IMG/VR virus record: IMGVR_UViG_3300037419_002203
Span: 62,001-117,930 of that record
Source of the DNA: an uncultured virus (IMG/VR IMGVR_UViG_3300037419_002203)
Taxonomy: Duplodnaviria > Heunggongvirae > Uroviricota > Caudoviricetes
Length of the DNA stretch: 55,930 bases
Strand: one strand, 5' to 3'
Below, in pieces: positions 54,398-55,930 of the stretch. Each line of letters begins with the position of its first letter. Within the stretch, counting starts at the first letter, position 1. The translations under genes were made by a program, and so were the position numbers. The notes under the pieces are model-generated. The model had not been told where the DNA came from. It searched no databases and saw only the letters and a list, made by a program, of their open reading frames with translations.

Positions 54398-54425
54398 TAG
54401 GAGGCGCGGCTTCCGAGGAGTTCTT

Positions 54426-55451
54426 ATGGCCGCACACCTCTCGCGCACGGCGATCGCACTGACCCAGGTACCCACCCCCGACCAGCGTAGTCACATCATG
54501 GCGACGCTGGACGTGGTGTTCCGTCAGGAGCTGGGCATCTACGTCAGCACGGAGATCAGCCGGATGGCGTGCCACCCCAACATCAACGTCGCGCTGACCA
54601 AGGCGGGACGGGTGCCCTGGTCCTACGAGTTCACCATTTACAAGATGGGCTTGGAGATCAAGGGCATCTTCAGCCCGTTGTGGGAGCCCACCCAGGTAAC
54701 GGGTAAGCGCGGTGGTGTAAAGGTCGAGCACTTCCTGGTTGATTGGCTCGTCACGGTCTACGCGGTCAGCTCCAGCTGGACGGACTTCACCCCGTCCGAC
54801 ATGGCCTGGGCCAGCGGTTCGCTGCTGCGCCACATCGAATCCGATCGGCTCAAAGGCTTCGAGTTCGAGTTGACCACCGAGAAGGAGCGGGACGCGCAAG
54901 GTCGAGAGATCAGTGTCCCCCGCTACCGGATCAAGAAGGTGTTCCAGTTCCAGCTGGGGCACCTGCTGAAGGCCGACAGCGAAGAGCCGGACCCCGACCT
55001 CCAGAACATCGACCACTGGATCTGGTCGCTGGGGTCGCGTGCTGACTCGTTCGTCGTGGACGACCTGATCGATGTCTCGCCCGAGGTGCAGCTCTTGCTG
55101 CCCAGCAAGTTCATGCTTCAGCATCGCACCCAGCGCGTGACCTACAAGGACACGAACGGCAAGGATGCCGAGGAGAACGTGGACTTCACCTTGGTCTGGA
55201 TGAAAGACAACTTGACCACTTGGCGCAACAAGCTGTCCACCCCTTGTCCTTACGCTCACCAAGGGGGCTTCCACGACATGAACACCACGCTTACCGAGGC
55301 GATCCTGTTCTGGAATAACAAAGTGTTGGGCAACCGCGAGCTGTGTGCGGGTTGTACCAACGAGTTCACCTGTATGGCACGGGAGTACCGTGGCGGTGGT
55401 AGCAAGTTGGAGTACCCATTGCAACTTCTGGAGCCACCCTTGGCACAGTAG
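54426..55451 (+). CDS. Hypothetical protein with C-terminal CxxCxxEFxC module
   Basis: GAGGAG SD; CAGCTNEFTCMA. Confidence 0.7.
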   Translation: MAAHLSRTAIALTQVPTPDQRSHIMATLDVVFRQELGIYVSTEISRMACHPNINVALTKAGRVPWSYEFTIYKMGLEIKGIFSPLWEPTQVTGKRGGVKVEHFLVDWLVTVYAVSSSWTDFTPSDMAWASGSLLRHIESDRLKGFEFELTTEKERDAQGREISVPRYRIKKVFQFQLGHLLKADSEEPDPDLQNIDHWIWSLGSRADSFVVDDLIDVSPEVQLLLPSKFMLQHRTQRVTYKDTNGKDAEENVDFTLVWMKDNLTTWRNKLSTPCPYAHQGGFHDMNTTLTEAILFWNNKVLGNRELCAGCTNEFTCMAREYRGGGSKLEYPLQLLEPPLAQ

Positions 55452-55468
55452 GTCCCTTGTGGTAATGT
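55440..55468 (+). promoter_or_regulatory. Putative sigma70-type promoter
   Basis: TTGGCA-N17-TAATGT with TGG. Confidence 0.6.
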
Positions 55469-55504
55469 AGGATCGTCACCCACCTCAGAGGGAGAAGCGA
55501 TCCA

Positions 55505-55873
55505 ATGAGCCAGAAGAACAACAAGAAGACCTACAGCCCCGGCGATCCGAACTTCGACGCCTTCAAGTTCGGGCCGACGGCCCAGCCCCTGACTCCCATG
55601 GTGTTCCACGGTGACTGCGTCTGCGGCCAGCGCATCTTCACCGTCAGCGGCTTCGGCATGGCCATCGACGTGCCCATCGGCATGGATCTGGTCTGTCGCT
55701 GCAAGTGCGGTCGCGAGTACTCTGCCAACCTGCAGAGCGCCGCGGCGCTGGAGAAGCTGAAGGCCCAGCAGGCCGGTCAGGCGCCTGCCGAAGGACAGCC
55801 CCCGGTGGACAGTGCGCCTGCTGCACCGGCCGAGGCTCCCGTCGACCCGCAGGCTGCGAACAAGACGATGTAG
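55505..55873 (+). CDS. Zinc-ribbon protein with Ala/Pro-rich tail
   Basis: CVCG...CRCKCG; GGAG SD. Confidence 0.65.
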   Translation: MSQKNNKKTYSPGDPNFDAFKFGPTAQPLTPMVFHGDCVCGQRIFTVSGFGMAIDVPIGMDLVCRCKCGREYSANLQSAAALEKLKAQQAGQAPAEGQPPVDSAPAAPAEAPVDPQAANKTM

Positions 55874-55930
55874 CCATGGCAGAGGGGCGGTGCCAAGCCT
55901 GCCCTCACGAAGGTAAACTGACCAAGCACC

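Noticed and set aside
1..55930. Stop-codon reassignment
   Set aside because: TAG, TGA and TAA all end genes cleanly before the next RBS, recognisable genes are intact in code 11, and no suppressor anticodon was seen.

Overview
A dense, entirely plus-strand, GC-rich segment that looks like the non-structural (early/middle) region of a large dsDNA phage. It has more than 100 mostly small ORFs, and no capsid, tail, terminase or integrase genes are recognisable. Recognisable genes are a 5'-truncated two-barrel RNA polymerase (RHP...DFDGD), a TctA/DUF112-like membrane protein, a winged-HTH protein surrounded by TGTCA/TGACA palindromes, a sigma-70 region 4-like HTH protein, NADAR, macro, RadC/JAB, two vWA proteins, a DEDD exonuclease, an RNA ligase (DRB0094/Rnl2 type), a family-4 UDG, a Dam-type methyltransferase, PcfJ-like and L7/L12-domain proteins, guanylate kinase, a ClpC-N-domain/dCMP-deaminase fusion and ThyX. 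The ClpC and UDG sequences suggest a Cyanobacteriota-type host (inference). The most striking feature is a ~750-nt array of seven aberrant tRNA-like genes (5487-6204). One complete tRNA is nested inside the anticodon loop of another, and a second element carries a ~90-nt structured insert in its anticodon arm. Also notable are a conserved start-associated motif GCCGAAAGGAGCC before about 25 genes and a shared CxxCxx(Q/E)FxC C-terminal module on four otherwise dissimilar proteins. All calls were made by eye; no database searches were run.
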